Shown here piece after piece: positions 41,601 to 60,700 of a stretch of DNA of 64,000 nucleotides. The notes under the pieces were generated by a model. It was not told the DNA's origin. It was given only the letters and a program-made list of their open reading frames with translations, and made no database searches. The position numbers and the translations under genes are program-made. How positions within the stretch are numbered: position 1 is the first letter of the stretch; every line of letters starts with the position of its first letter. Location: assembly GCF_009914755.1 (NCBI RefSeq), contig NC_060925.1. One strand, written 5' to 3'. The stretch is from the human T2T-CHM13v2.0 reference genome, Homo sapiens.

Positions 41601-42356
41601 AAAAACAACAAAAAGTTTAAAAATGGGGAAATGAAGTTAAGGCATAGAGTTTTTATCAGTTTTCTTTTTACATGTTTTTTGGTTTATGCAATCAGCATTA
41701 AGCTGTCATCAGTTTAAAATAATGGGATATAAGATAGTATTTGCAAGCCTCATGGTAACCTCAAACCAAAAAAACATACAACAGATACATAACAAATAAA
41801 AAGCAAGAAATCAAAGCATACTACTAGATAAAAATCACCTTCACTAAATGAAAAACTGGAATGGAGGAAAGAAGGAAGAGAAGACCACAAAACAACCAGA
41901 AAACAAATAACAAAATGGCAGGAATAAGTCTCTATTTATCAATAATAACATTGAATGTAAATGGACTAACCTCTCCAATCAAAAGACATAGAGTGGCTGA
42001 ATGAATGAAAAAACAAGTTCCAATGATCTTTGCCTATAAGAAACACACTTCACCTATATACACATAGACTGAAAATAAAGGGATAAAAAAAGATATTCCA
42101 TGCCAATGGAAACCAAAAAAGAGCAAGAATAGCTATACTTATATCAGACAAAACAGATTTCCAAACAAAAACTATAAGATGAGACAAAGGTCATTATATT
42201 ATAACAAAGGGGTCAATTCAGTGAGAGGATACAATGATTGTAAATATATATGCACTAAAGCACCCAGATAAATAAAGAAAACATTACTGGAGCTAAAGAG
42301 AGAGATAGACCCTACTACAATAATTGCTGGAGACTTCAATACCTCCACTTTCAGCA
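38605..42356 (+). mobile_element. Host L1 (L1MA2-like), 5' part: about 1.9-kb 5'UTR, disrupted ORF1 (about 40497-41410), ORF2 endonuclease start (ATG 41915)
   Basis: 5' end ggagggcagagcaagatggc; ORF1 peptides (SRIDQANERLSELED, IIS ENSPNLEKD, RREWHDIFKVLKEKN); EN motifs ITLNVNGL and GDFN; many stops and frameshifts. Confidence 0.9.
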
Positions 42357-42358
42357 AG

Positions 42359-48540
<6,182 letters not shown>

Positions 48541-51138
48541 AGAAAACTGCAGGCCAATATCTCTGATAAATATTGATACAAAAATCCTCAACAAAATACT
48601 CACAAACTGAATTCAACAATACATTAAAAAGATGACTCATTATGACCAAGTGGGATTTATCTCAGGGATGCAAGGATGATTCAACACACACAAATCAATC
48701 ACTGTGATATATCATATCAACAGAATGAAGGTCAAAAACCATATTATCATTTCAATTAATGCTGAAAAGGCATTTGATAAAGTTCAACACCCCTTCTTGG
48801 TAAAAAAAATACCCTCAAAAACTGGATATAAACGGAATATACCTTTTCATAATAAAAGCCATATATGATAGACCCACAGCTAGTATCATTCTGAATGGGA
48901 AAATACTGAAAGCTTTTCCTATTAGATCTGGAACACGACAAGGATGCCCACTTTCTCCACTGTTATTCAACATAGTACTGAAAATCTTAACTAGAGCAAT
49001 CAGACAACAGAAAAAAAATAAAGGGCATCCAAATTGGAAAGGAAGAAGCTAAATTATCCTTGTTTGCAGATGATATGAAGTTATAGCTGGTAAAACCTAA
49101 AGATTCCACCAACAAAACAAAACCTATTAGAACTGGTAAACAAATTCAGTTAAGTTGTAGTATACAAAATCAACATACAAAAATCAGTAGGATTTCAATA
49201 TGCCAATAATGAACAATTGGAAAAAGAAATTTAAAAAGCAATCCCATTTACAATAGCCACACATAAAATAAACTAGGAATTAACCAAATAAGTAAAAGAT
49301 CTCTATAATAAAAACTATAAAACACTGATGAAAGAAATTGAAGAGGACACCAAAAAATGGAAAGGTATTCCATGTTCATGAATTGGAAGAATCAATATTT
49401 TTAAGATGTCCGTACTGCCCAAAGTAATCTACAGATTCAATACAATCTGTATCAAAATACCAGTAATATTCTTCATAGAAATAGAAAAAAGCAATCCTAA
49501 AATTTATGTGGAACCACAAAAACCCAGAATAGCCAAAGCTATCCTAAGCAAAGAGAACAAAACTAGAGGAATCACATTACCTGATTTCAAATTATACTGC
49601 AGAGCTACAGTAACCAAAACAGCATGGTACCAGCATAAAAACAGACACACAGACAAAAGTAACAGAATAGAGAACCCAGAAATAAATCCACACACCTACA
49701 GTGAACTCATTTTCGACAAAGTTGCCAAGAACAGACATTGAGGAAAAGACACTCTTCAATAAATTGTGCTGGGGAAACTGGATATCCATATGTAGAATAA
49801 TGAAACTTGATCCCTATCTCTTGCCTTGTACAAAAATCAATTCAAAATAGATTAAAGACTTAAATCTAAAACCTCAAACTATGAAACTACTACAAGAAAA
49901 TATTGGGGAACCTCTCCAGGACATTGGTCTGGGCAAAGATTTCTTCAGTAATACCTCACAAGCACAGCCAGCCAAAGCAAAAATGAACAAATGGGATTGC
50001 ATCAAGTTAAAAAGTTTCTACACAGCAAAGGAAACAATCAACAAAGTGAAGAAACAACCCAGAAAATAGGAGAAAATATTTGCAAACTACCTATCTCATG
50101 AGAGATGAATAACTAGAATGTAGAAGGTGCTCAAACAACTAATCAAGTAATCCAATTAAAAATGGGCGAAAGATTTGAACAGATATTTTTCAAAATGAGA
50201 CAAGGAAATGGTAAACAGGCATATAAAAAAGTGCTCAACATTATTGATCATCAAAGAAATGCAAATCCAAACTACAATCTTACCCCAGTTAAAACGGCTT
50301 ATATCCAAAAGAATGCTGGCGAGGATGTGGAAAAAGGAGAACCCTCATACACTATTCATGGGAAGGTAAATTAGTACAACCATTATGGAAAACAGTTTGG
50401 AGGTTCCTCAAAAAAGTAAAAATAAAACTACCACTGGATTTAGCAATCCCACTACTGGGTATATACCCAGAAGAAAAGAAATCAGTGTATCAAAGAGGTA
50501 TCTGCACTCCCATGTTTGTTGCAGCACTGTTCACAATAGCCAAGATTTGGAAGTGACCTAAGTGTCCATCAACAGATGAATGGATAAAGAAAATGTGGTA
50601 CATATACACAATGGAGTACTATTCAGCCATACAAAAAATAATGAGATTCTGTCATTTGCAACAGCATGGATGGAACTGGAGGCCATTAGGTTAAGTGAAA
50701 TAAGCCAGGCACAGAAAGACAAACATCACATGTTCTCACTTATCTGTGGGATCTAAATATCACAAAATTGAATTCATGGAGACAGGCAATGGAAGGATGG
50801 TTATTTGAGGCTGGGAGGGGAATAGGAGATCAGGCGGAGGTAGGGAAGGGAGCATAGTTAATGAGTACAAAAGAATAGTTACAAAGAATGAATAAAACCT
50901 AGTATTTGCTAGCACAACAGGGAAACTATAGTAAATAATAATTTAATTGTATAATTTAAAATAAATAGAGTATCATTGGATTGTTTGTAACACACAGGAT
51001 AAATGTTTGTGAGGATGGATATCCAATTTTCCATGATGTGATCAGTATGCATTGCAGCCTGTACCAAAATATGTCATGCACCCCATGAATATATACACTT
51101 ACTATGTACCTACAAAATTAAAATAATAAATAAATAAA
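48541..51138 (+). mobile_element. Host L1 (L1MA2-like), 3' part: RT domain to 3'UTR and A-rich tail
   Basis: Resumes at the KENxRPISL RT-start motif; [14 protein letters not shown] and FADD present; L1MA-type 3'UTR (agcacaacaggg...gattgtttgtaacac...atatatacac.tactatgtacc). Confidence 0.9.
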
Positions 51139-51410
51139 TTGCCTCAGCAAGAATTCCAATAATAAATGAAGCCTATAATCTAATTTTATATAGACTTCAA
51201 TTTTAATAAATATGTTAACAAAAATTTGAGCCCTAAAAATATGTTATCAATAGGTTACCACACAGGACAAATAAAAAGACACAATTGAATCAAAATCAGA
51301 AATATTAGTGGTTACAAAATAAATCAGTTTCAAACTACTCCCAGTAATTAAGATTTGAATATATAAATAAAATGTTTAATCATAAGGAAAACAGTAGTAT
51401 CATTTATACA

Positions 51411-52412
51411 CAGATCCTCCTCACTTTGCACTATAGTATAGGACCATAAAAATAACTGTGCAAGCTGAAATTGTACAATGCAATCTTAATAACCAACGGG
51501 AAAATTTACAATTGTTCCATGACCTTTAAATATTTTTGTTAAAGTGTTAAAAACTCTCTTACTGTTGGTTATAGTTGCACGGGGAAATAAAAAAATTATA
51601 GTAGTATTAATTTAGCACAGTATAATTGAAAACATTAGAAATTAAAGCATCATTTATTTGAAAAAAATTATCAAAATTAGTTTGAAAGTGTTTGCCTTCT
51701 TGTTGTTGTCTAAATTATCACACTAAGCAAGCATATTTCCTATGCCTTGGCAAATTGTCATACTCGCTTCTAAGTATGGATCAATTCCCAACATTTTATC
51801 CTTTGCACTTTCAATGTCATGAAATATTTCCAAGAATTCTTCTAATGTGAAGTTTTTTTTTTTGAAAGTGTCACTTCCTCTGGAACATCCTTGTCCTATT
51901 CATCACTACTACTTTACTCATTTATGTCTAAAAGTTCACCTGCAATAAATTTCCCTGGCTGCATATGTAGAATCTTAAATGTCAGCAGTGTCTCATGTCC
52001 AGCTATTTGTTTTAAAATTCCTATGTTATCACTACTCCTTTATTTGCTGTTCTTTCATCTTTGTTAGCTAATACTTCTTTTGATTATTCATCTGTGTAAA
52101 ATATCACATAGGTTTATCACTGCAAAACAAGGAAGCAACGCAACTTTACTGTCTGTACATGATTGAAGAATCACCAACAGACTGAATGAAATGACTTGTC
52201 TGGTAATTGGTCACGATGCACTCCATTACTTATGTAGTGATTTGTGGACTAAAGGGCCAGTAGCAAAGTCTGTACTTTATGTAGTTAATCATACTTAATA
52301 TACTGTGGCAAATGAAATATGAATTGTGTTGTTCGGGAACTGACGCTATGTAATTAAATTGTGGTAACCAAAATATATGTATATTGGAACCAGACAAAGT
52401 AAGGACTGCCTG
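51411..52412. mobile_element. TcMar-Tigger DNA transposon relic (Tigger13-like)
   Basis: Imperfect terminal inverted repeats cagatcctcctcactttg / caaagtaaggactgcctg; internal ggaccataaaaataactgtgcaagctgaaa. Confidence 0.7.
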
Positions 52413-52729
52413 CATATTTATATAATGTTGAGAATTATTCTCAATGCCCTTATGTTATTAAGTTTATATATCAATGGTTTGCTCCTTTTAAAAGTTTCCT
52501 CTTCTCCCATTAAATGGGAAGAACTTATATTCATGGAGATAAAGACTTTTCCAACATATGAGAAACTATTCTACATAGCACAAGGCAGCTTCTGTATAAT
52601 CACCCCCACTCTCTATCATAAGCCTCCTTTCACAAACTTTTAGGTTTCAGAAAGGTAGAAGCATATCTCTCTCGAACTCATAAAAATGCTAAAGAAATTC
52701 TGGAGACTAAAGGATTTGCCTCTGGCACT

Positions 52730-53130
52730 CCCCTTCTTACAATCCTGTAGTACCTCTCTACTACATAATAATATACTCTACATGCTTTAACATGGCCTAT
52801 AAATCCCTTTATAATTTAGTCCTTCAATACTCCTCAAGCTTTATCTCTTGACACCTCCTCCCTCACACTTCATGATTCATGAACAAAGAAGTGCTTCTTA
52901 CCTCTCAGCCTTTGCTTATGCATTATCTATGTGTAGATAGCATACTTGTCCACTAGGTGCAGTATCATTAGGATAACTTCTGCTCATCCTCAAGAATCAT
53001 CTTAGATGTCACCTCTTTCCCTGATTCCTGTATCCATCCACCTTTCACCTCCAGGAAGTTTATGTGAACCTCCACTATGTACTATAATAATCCTTTCATA
53101 TCTTCATAATCACACTTGCCATAGCATAAT
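52730..53130 (+). mobile_element. L2 remnant
   Basis: tttaacatggcctataaatccctttataat...cctttgcttatgc...cttagatgtcacctct. Confidence 0.6.
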
Positions 53131-53295
53131 TTATTTATGTAATATATAAATATAATAATTTGTATATATTTATATAAATATATAACATATATTTATATAT
53201 ACTGTAATAATTTATATATTTACATAATACATAAATACAATTTACATATTTATATAATATATAATAATTAATTTATTATAATACTTTAATGATTT
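53130..53295. repeat. AT-rich low-complexity / degenerate (TA)n
   Basis: Almost entirely A/T. Confidence 0.85.
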
Positions 53296-53304
53296 ACTTT
53301 TGTA

Positions 53305-53536
53305 TAGGTTACATATCCCTTGCCTGAAATGCTTGGGACCAGAGTGTTTTGGATTTTGAAATTTTTCAGATTTTGGAACATTTGCATTATACCACTTGAG
53401 CCTCCCAAATCTGAAAATCTGAAATCTTAAATGCTCCCAATGAGCATTTCCTTTGAGCATCATGTGGACGCTCAAAATAATTCGGATTTTGGAGCACTTC
53501 GGATTTCAAATTTTTAGATTTAGGATGCTCAGTCTG
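53305..53536. mobile_element. Tigger4a/MER46-type MITE
   Basis: atcccttgcctgaaatgcttgggaccagagtgttttggattt...tgagcatttcctttgagcatcatgt...ggatgctcagtctg; about 235 bp. Confidence 0.85.
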
Positions 53537-53556
53537 AATTTTAAAGACAGTAAACT

Positions 53557-53949
<393 letters not shown>

Positions 53950-56829
53950 TTACATAATAGTGGTTTGCTGAACAAATTTCAGGACAAAAAGATGTGACTA
54001 AAACAACTGCAGAATTTTAGGGTTAGTTACAGAATTTATCTGAGGAAGAAAACTGCTCTTTTGTTTGAGGCAACTTTCCTGGATCTTTTGCCTCTGTCTA
54101 GTCTTGGGAAGCTGAGGCAAAGGTGGACTAACAATCGCGCATAATCATGTAAAAGGCAACATCACTGAGTGATGAGTAACAGGTTAACTAGTTCTACTTA
54201 GCTAACCTGAAATAAAATGATAGGTGGTTGGAGCCAGAGGATCAGTGAAAATAAGACAGCAGAGAGGAGGTGGTGCTTTGAGAAGCAAGCCAAGGTGAAG
54301 GGGCACAGTAAACTGAATTTAAGAGCAACATTTTCATTCATTCACTCATAATATGTGCTTGTTACATGCCAGACACTGAACTGCAATACCACAGTGAATG
54401 AAATGTAGTCCTTACATTATACTTAAGCAACTTATACCATATTTCCTAAATCCATATATTTTCCCTTAGCCACTGTTACTGCATTGTTGTCTAAAAGCCA
54501 ACATTAAATTTTCTTTCTCTGCAGTGTAATATCCTTATTCTACAAATTAGGTAACTACAACTCTCTCGTAAAGTTTGTCAAATATTACAGGACTCATGTC
54601 ACCAATGCATTGAGGAATACAACAAAGGCCTATAACCATGGTTTGACCAAAATAACCAGAGAAAACTATGGCAAAATTGAGAAATAGTGATAAAATAGGA
54701 TGGTATAGTTATCAAAAAAAGAATCCCTAAGCAAGAATTGAGAACAAGATGAAAATCAACAACCAAAATAATGTAAGCACTTCTTGGGGTAAGTTCATAA
54801 ACTTCCTAATGTTCTAAGAATAGAGATTTTAATTATTTTTCTAAAAAACATTAAATAAAAGAATAATCCCAGATAGCTGGAGAACTTTGGGAGACTTAAA
54901 TTATAGGATGAATACAACACAAACCTCTCTATTCTGTCCACCTTCTCACTTAGAACATACTTCCCTCAGGCATACAACAGACTCATGCCAATGTTAGTCC
55001 CAAATTTCTCACAATATTGACTTGCTAATCTCTTTAAGTAGTACTTGGCTTTTTCCTTGGTCCCATCGATCCCTAGTATCTCTCAACTAGCTCTCACACA
55101 GAAAAACAGTATGATAGATGAATTCTTGAAATGATGCTAAATCACAGATAACAGCTTATTCTAAGAACACAGAAATATTTTAAAAGACTTCTGGAAACTG
55201 AAATATTTTTAGCCAAATGAATTTGTCATTAATGTTGGAATTTCAATCATATGAGCCAGACTGAGGGAAATATCTTTGGACACAGGGAAGTTTTCAAAGT
55301 CCCCAAAACTACGCCACTTTGGCAACCACTGGCTTGCCTGTTGGGGAGTTCAGCACTGTGATACCTTGTTCTCAGCTTCCCCTACCATTAGTGGGAATGG
55401 CAGATTGCAGAGATGGTAACAGTGGTGGCAGCACAACCCCCAAGCAGCGGCATTTGTATTAGACTCAGTACTGCACTTGAATTGGGAAGCAACTCAAAGT
55501 AAAACACACCTCTGCAGATTTTTATAGGAATAATAAGCCAGTGAGAGATGATCTATAGAGCTGGCTATAGAACAGTAGAATTCTCCATTATCTTTCTTCA
55601 GGCACTGATTTTTATGCCAACTCTGATTTTTTTGTCATTGTGCTTATCTATATTCAGTATTAATATAGCTCCTTAGTACTATCCTTGCTTTAAAAAGTTT
55701 ATGAAGAACTGCATACTTTTGGGGTGACTGATAAGTCACAGTGCATTCCACTTGATGCTTTTGGTTGTTTATTCCTGTCCAACTTTATACAGATACTTAC
55801 TGTGTACCTCCTATGCAATGAAAAGATTCTTTTAAAAAATAATTGAACAAATTCTCTCAAAATAAAATAAAAATTCACACTGATTTATAATTCTCACTAA
55901 ACTGAGAGGATTTTTCAATATTCAGGAAAATATTGCCATATATTATTTATAAAAATTTGTTTTAAAATGTGTGCATCATATTTCACAACTGCTCTGAGTT
56001 GTGGTAAGAGGTGCTTAACTACTTCAATATGGCTTATCTTCTTGAACTTAGAAAAACTGTTTCAATTAGATTGCTAATGTTCTTACAATTATAAATAAAA
56101 GGCTTCCCATTCTAATATAGCAACTGATTGGCTATATCAAATAATTTAAAAATCCATCTTGATTCCAAACGCAGAATTAGGACTCTTGTCTTCCATTCAA
56201 CCAAGCATGCACTCTGGATCAAACTTACCTGTTTTTTGGCAAAAATTCAGACACTCAGTAAGAACTAAAAATATACTTCAGTTCCTAGTAAAATAAGAGT
56301 TACATGAAGGTAGCTAAGTTAAGGCAAAATAACCAGTCAATCTAGGGAAAACATATTGCTTGTTAAAAATGTTAATACTGGTTTCAAAAAATGGGAATGG
56401 ATGGATAAAAGGGGAAAAAGAAAGAAGCAAACCAAAAAATCTATGAAAGACTGAAGAGAATACTGCTGCTAATTTGCTTGCCTTCTCTATCTCAATTTCA
56501 CTTTCAGTTTTCAAGACTTTTTTTTTACATTAATCTTCTCTTTATTTACCTCAACAGTTTTTATGAGTTGTTAGTGTATTTCACATAACTTTCTTGCAGA
56601 CATTTTAGCTTTAAGGATTACTTGAGTTTGGTTTATATTAGAAAAATTTTAATATTTACAGGTACTTTCCAGAGAAAAAGAAAAATGAAGTCACTGTTAT
56701 CTGTCATCCAAAACTATATTTGTTTCCTTGGCTTTCATGAAAACCAGTATTTTACTTCCTCTTGCAACATGCTAGAGGTACACAGATATACTTAAATACC
56801 ACTGTCTAACAAATATCGAATTAACGTGC

Positions 56830-57288
56830 TTCTGGCCAGAGTAACAGACCCATAGCCCCAAACCCAGCTCCAAGTTGGCTGACCTACCATGTGCATGCAC
56901 ATGTCCCTGACCTGAGAAACAGCGTGGCAAGCCCACCCCTGACAAAGCCTCACCACCACCACCAGAAACTCTCTCAGCCTAGGCTACTGAGACACTCATA
57001 AATGTCACCAGCATGGATTACACCTGAAGAAACTACATGGAGACTACATTACTGTGTTCACCTAGAACCAAAGCCAATATATCCCACCAAAACAACACCC
57101 CAAGACTTATTCATATGAATAAGTCTCTCCCTAGGAAACCTACTCCATAAAATTAGAAGAGGTAATTTTTCCACCAGATGTGTAGAAATCACTGTAGGAA
57201 CACATCAAACATGAAAAAGCAAGGAAACATCAAACCTCCAAAGGAACAGAATAATTCACCAGTAACAGGCATCAATCATAAGGAAATA
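56830..57288 (+). mobile_element. Isolated old L1 (L1M) 5'UTR/ORF1-start fragment
   Basis: ccagatgtgtagaaatcactgtaggaacacatcaaacATGaaaaagcaaggaaacat...ccaaaggaacagaataattc (MKKQGN..PPKE.NNSP ORF1 N-terminus). Confidence 0.75.
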
Positions 57289-58584
57289 TTGTATATTCAT
57301 ATTAAAGTAAGACATACCATAAGGAGTATGACACAAACTTGTCCCAAGCCTGCGAAGTGGAGAATTAGTTTAGGCTTAAATGGAGCCATTATATCCTTTT
57401 CCTAGTTATACTTGTTTTTCAAAAATCTGTATATAGTTTCCATTAATAGAGACACTCTGAAAAGGGGGAAAATATTCCAAGAAATATTACAAAATAATCT
57501 CAAATATTTCAACGCTATTCTCAACTACTGTCAAATCACAGTGAACCAGGGATTCTTCCTTTATCAGAAAGTAAGTCACTTTCTAAATACTTTCAACTAA
57601 ACCTTATCTCAAGAAGATCCTGCAATAGCTCTTAATTGATAATACGCCAAGATCCCTGACTTCTATCAGGTCTATTTCTATCAGCTAATACTAAAAGCCA
57701 GATTGAAAGCTTTTTAAAAAATCTTAGAAACAAGAAATCTGTGAAAGATATTCAATTCATGGCCCAGTATGTTTAAAATAATGCTGTTATATGACTTTAC
57801 TAGAAAAAAATAATTCAAAATAATGTTACATAGACCAAAAAGAATATATTCTTACTATTTTAAAATACTGATGGGCCATATAACATGTACACGGGTCTCT
57901 GAAAGTTAGTAATTCTGCTTTAAACAAGTACAACTTCAAAGTTAAAATGATAATCTGCTCTAATGGTTAAAATCAAAGTATTTTTTGTCTATGAATAATA
58001 TTTACTCCCAGAGACTGCATGTCATATACTCTTCTATACAAAAACTACTCAACATTTACTTAATGTGTCCTTTTCTGGAGTGCTAATTTCATGAACCACA
58101 GATATCATTTAACTACAGAAAGTAATGAATAGTTTATTCTTCTGTCATGTACAGTGTCACTGCATAGGATGCAATAACTGTATATTTAATATCAACTAAA
58201 GTAATTGAGATCATATCCATATTATGAGGTCTTCTTTGATGATATATGTCAGTACAATCTCCTAAGAGATATGAGTAGTCAGATGTATACTCAGTAGCAT
58301 AAAATAAACAGGTTCATGACTGTATATCAAGATCAATTCTGTCAGAAAAGATCACTGCAGTTTCATGTCTCCTTGCGGGGGCAACCAACAATCTCAAGGG
58401 AATTACCAGATTCTAACTAAGGTCTAGGATGAAGACTAGTCTGAAGGACATTAAAATAATGGTGTGGTCACTCAAGGTAAAATACTCTCATGAGTACCTT
58501 TTCATTATTTTACAATTCAGCCCTATAGCAGGGGTTATGAAGGAAAGCAAAAGAGGCCAGCATTATTTCCAAAACCAGATAAAT

Positions 58585-58815
58585 AGCTGATGGTTTACAT
58601 TTATTAAGGGCTGACAATTTATGTGACACGGTGTTGCAAGGATTATCTCATTCTGTCTTCTCCCAAACTCCCTATGAAGTGGATAGTATTATCTTCACAA
58701 TTTACAAATGAGGTAACTGAAGCTTAGAAGTTAAGCAACCTGCCCAAAGTTGATGGAACCTACAAAATGGCAGTTGGGGTTTGAACGAAGCAACCAGGGC
58801 CTGAATACCACTTGC
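58585..58815 (-). mobile_element. MIR SINE
   Basis: tttacaaatgaggtaactgaagcttagaagttaagcaacctgcccaaagt. Confidence 0.75.
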
Positions 58816-59714
58816 AACCTAAGTCTCCCAATAGGAAAGGAATATGGAACACTAAGACAACAACACAGCTCATTATTATATGTATTTAGATATCCATATC
58901 AAGTCAAATACTGCCCTACAATATTTTGGTGCTTTTAACACCTTAAGAAGAAATTTTTTATTTTCCTCATTCCCTGTAGAAAATCAATAACTTAGTGTTT
59001 GGGAAAAAACAAGCTGACCAGGTAGAAAAGAAGTTATACTTCTGTTAATCCAGGAAACTAAAAGATATATTTTATAAAATAAATATTGCAACTGTGTCAG
59101 TACTCCTTTCTACCTCACAAAAAGCTTAGTCATATGAACATGACTACTGTTTTTCACTAGCTGTCCCCAATCCTCACGTCACTTCCATCCTACCCTTCAA
59201 GCCTCACATCTGTATATACCTCAAGACAGAGATTATTATTTCCCAGTAAAATGAGAACCCCTTAACAAATCCATATGTATTACCTATAAGCAAGTAAACC
59301 TCACTTTGGGCATATAAAAGTCATAAAGTGACTTCAAGATCTCAGAAGTAGGTCATTTCCCTAATATAGTTTTAAAAAGGAAAGCTTCAATATTCTATCA
59401 CTGACTGACTTTCTCTTGCATGTGAATTCTGTGCCCATTATTAATTGAAGGGTCTTCTTTTATTTTTCATAAGATTCTGCCTTTTGTGGGCACCAGTTTC
59501 CGGGATGATGATGGCATCCTAATTTTCTTTTGCTGAGAAAAGGAATTTTAAAACATTAGTTTTAGGGTCAACTTCAAAATGAGATCATAGTCACTGAAGA
59601 CCTCCAAGATCCATATATCATCCAATTATGTTTCAGAACAGGTATCCCTGAAGAAAAAGACAAAAAAAAGAAAAAAAAAAAGAAAAAAAGAAAAGAAGTA
59701 AAATTCCAACTTAC

Positions 59715-59768
59715 CTTATCACCTTGCATACCAGGGGGGCCCATTAATCCAGAAAGGCCTTGATCACC
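59715..59768 (-). CDS. COL24A1: Collagen exon, 54 bp, GDQGLSGLMGPPGMQGDK
   Basis: Acceptor ttttgtttatag|GGT, donor AAG|gtaagt; 6 perfect Gly-X-Y triplets. Confidence 0.97.
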
Positions 59769-60078
59769 CTATAAACAAAATACAGACGTTTAATGTCATG
59801 AAAGAGAACTGAAAATTAGAATTCTCTTGAAAATTAAAGCTCCTTTTAATTTTGGACATCAGCTCTTATTACAATCATTTCCAATCTTCACAATCTTTGA
59901 GCCTGTTTCTGAGGCTTCCTGCCTTTCCTTATCTCTTCCAGGGCTTAATAACTGAACTGTATTTTCCCACCTCCATATCCTTGCTCCGTTTTCTCTGATG
60001 TTCTTTTCTGTAATAATGCCCTTGCTGTCAAACTTCGCCTCAGTCCAAGGTCTACCATGTTTTAAAAATTGAAAGTAG

Positions 60079-60400
<322 letters not shown>

Positions 60401-60499
60401 CTAAAAAATCTACAAGTGCATTGTGAAACAGCTGTTGAGGTGTCACCCCTACTCCGTTTCTGTGAGCACCTGCAGCCTGGTAGGTCTCCCAGAGAGAAT

Positions 60500-60700
60500 C
60501 TCACGGGCTGTGGTGGGACCAGCTAGGTTCACGTGACGCACAGGAGGCACTTCCGCTTCTGGAGCTGAGCTGGTGCCTTCCATCCTGCGTGCCAGCTACA
60601 CAGAACGTCCCTCACCCCGGAGTAACGAGCGAAAATTGATTGGGAAGTCCATCATGTGCTTGGCTCGAACAGACTAGGCGTTACCGATTAGCGCTACCTT
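60500..60700. promoter_or_regulatory. Candidate intronic regulatory element (CpG patch with E-box, CRE half-site, ETS and CCAAT motifs)
   Basis: 13 CpGs in about 190 bp of non-Alu sequence; TCACGTGAC 60529-60537, CACTTCCG 60548-60555, ATTGG 60639-60643. Confidence 0.5.

Noticed and set aside
60655-60700. tRNA-like A/B boxes on the minus strand
   Set aside because: Box spacing is too short and there is no cloverleaf; not called as an RNA gene.
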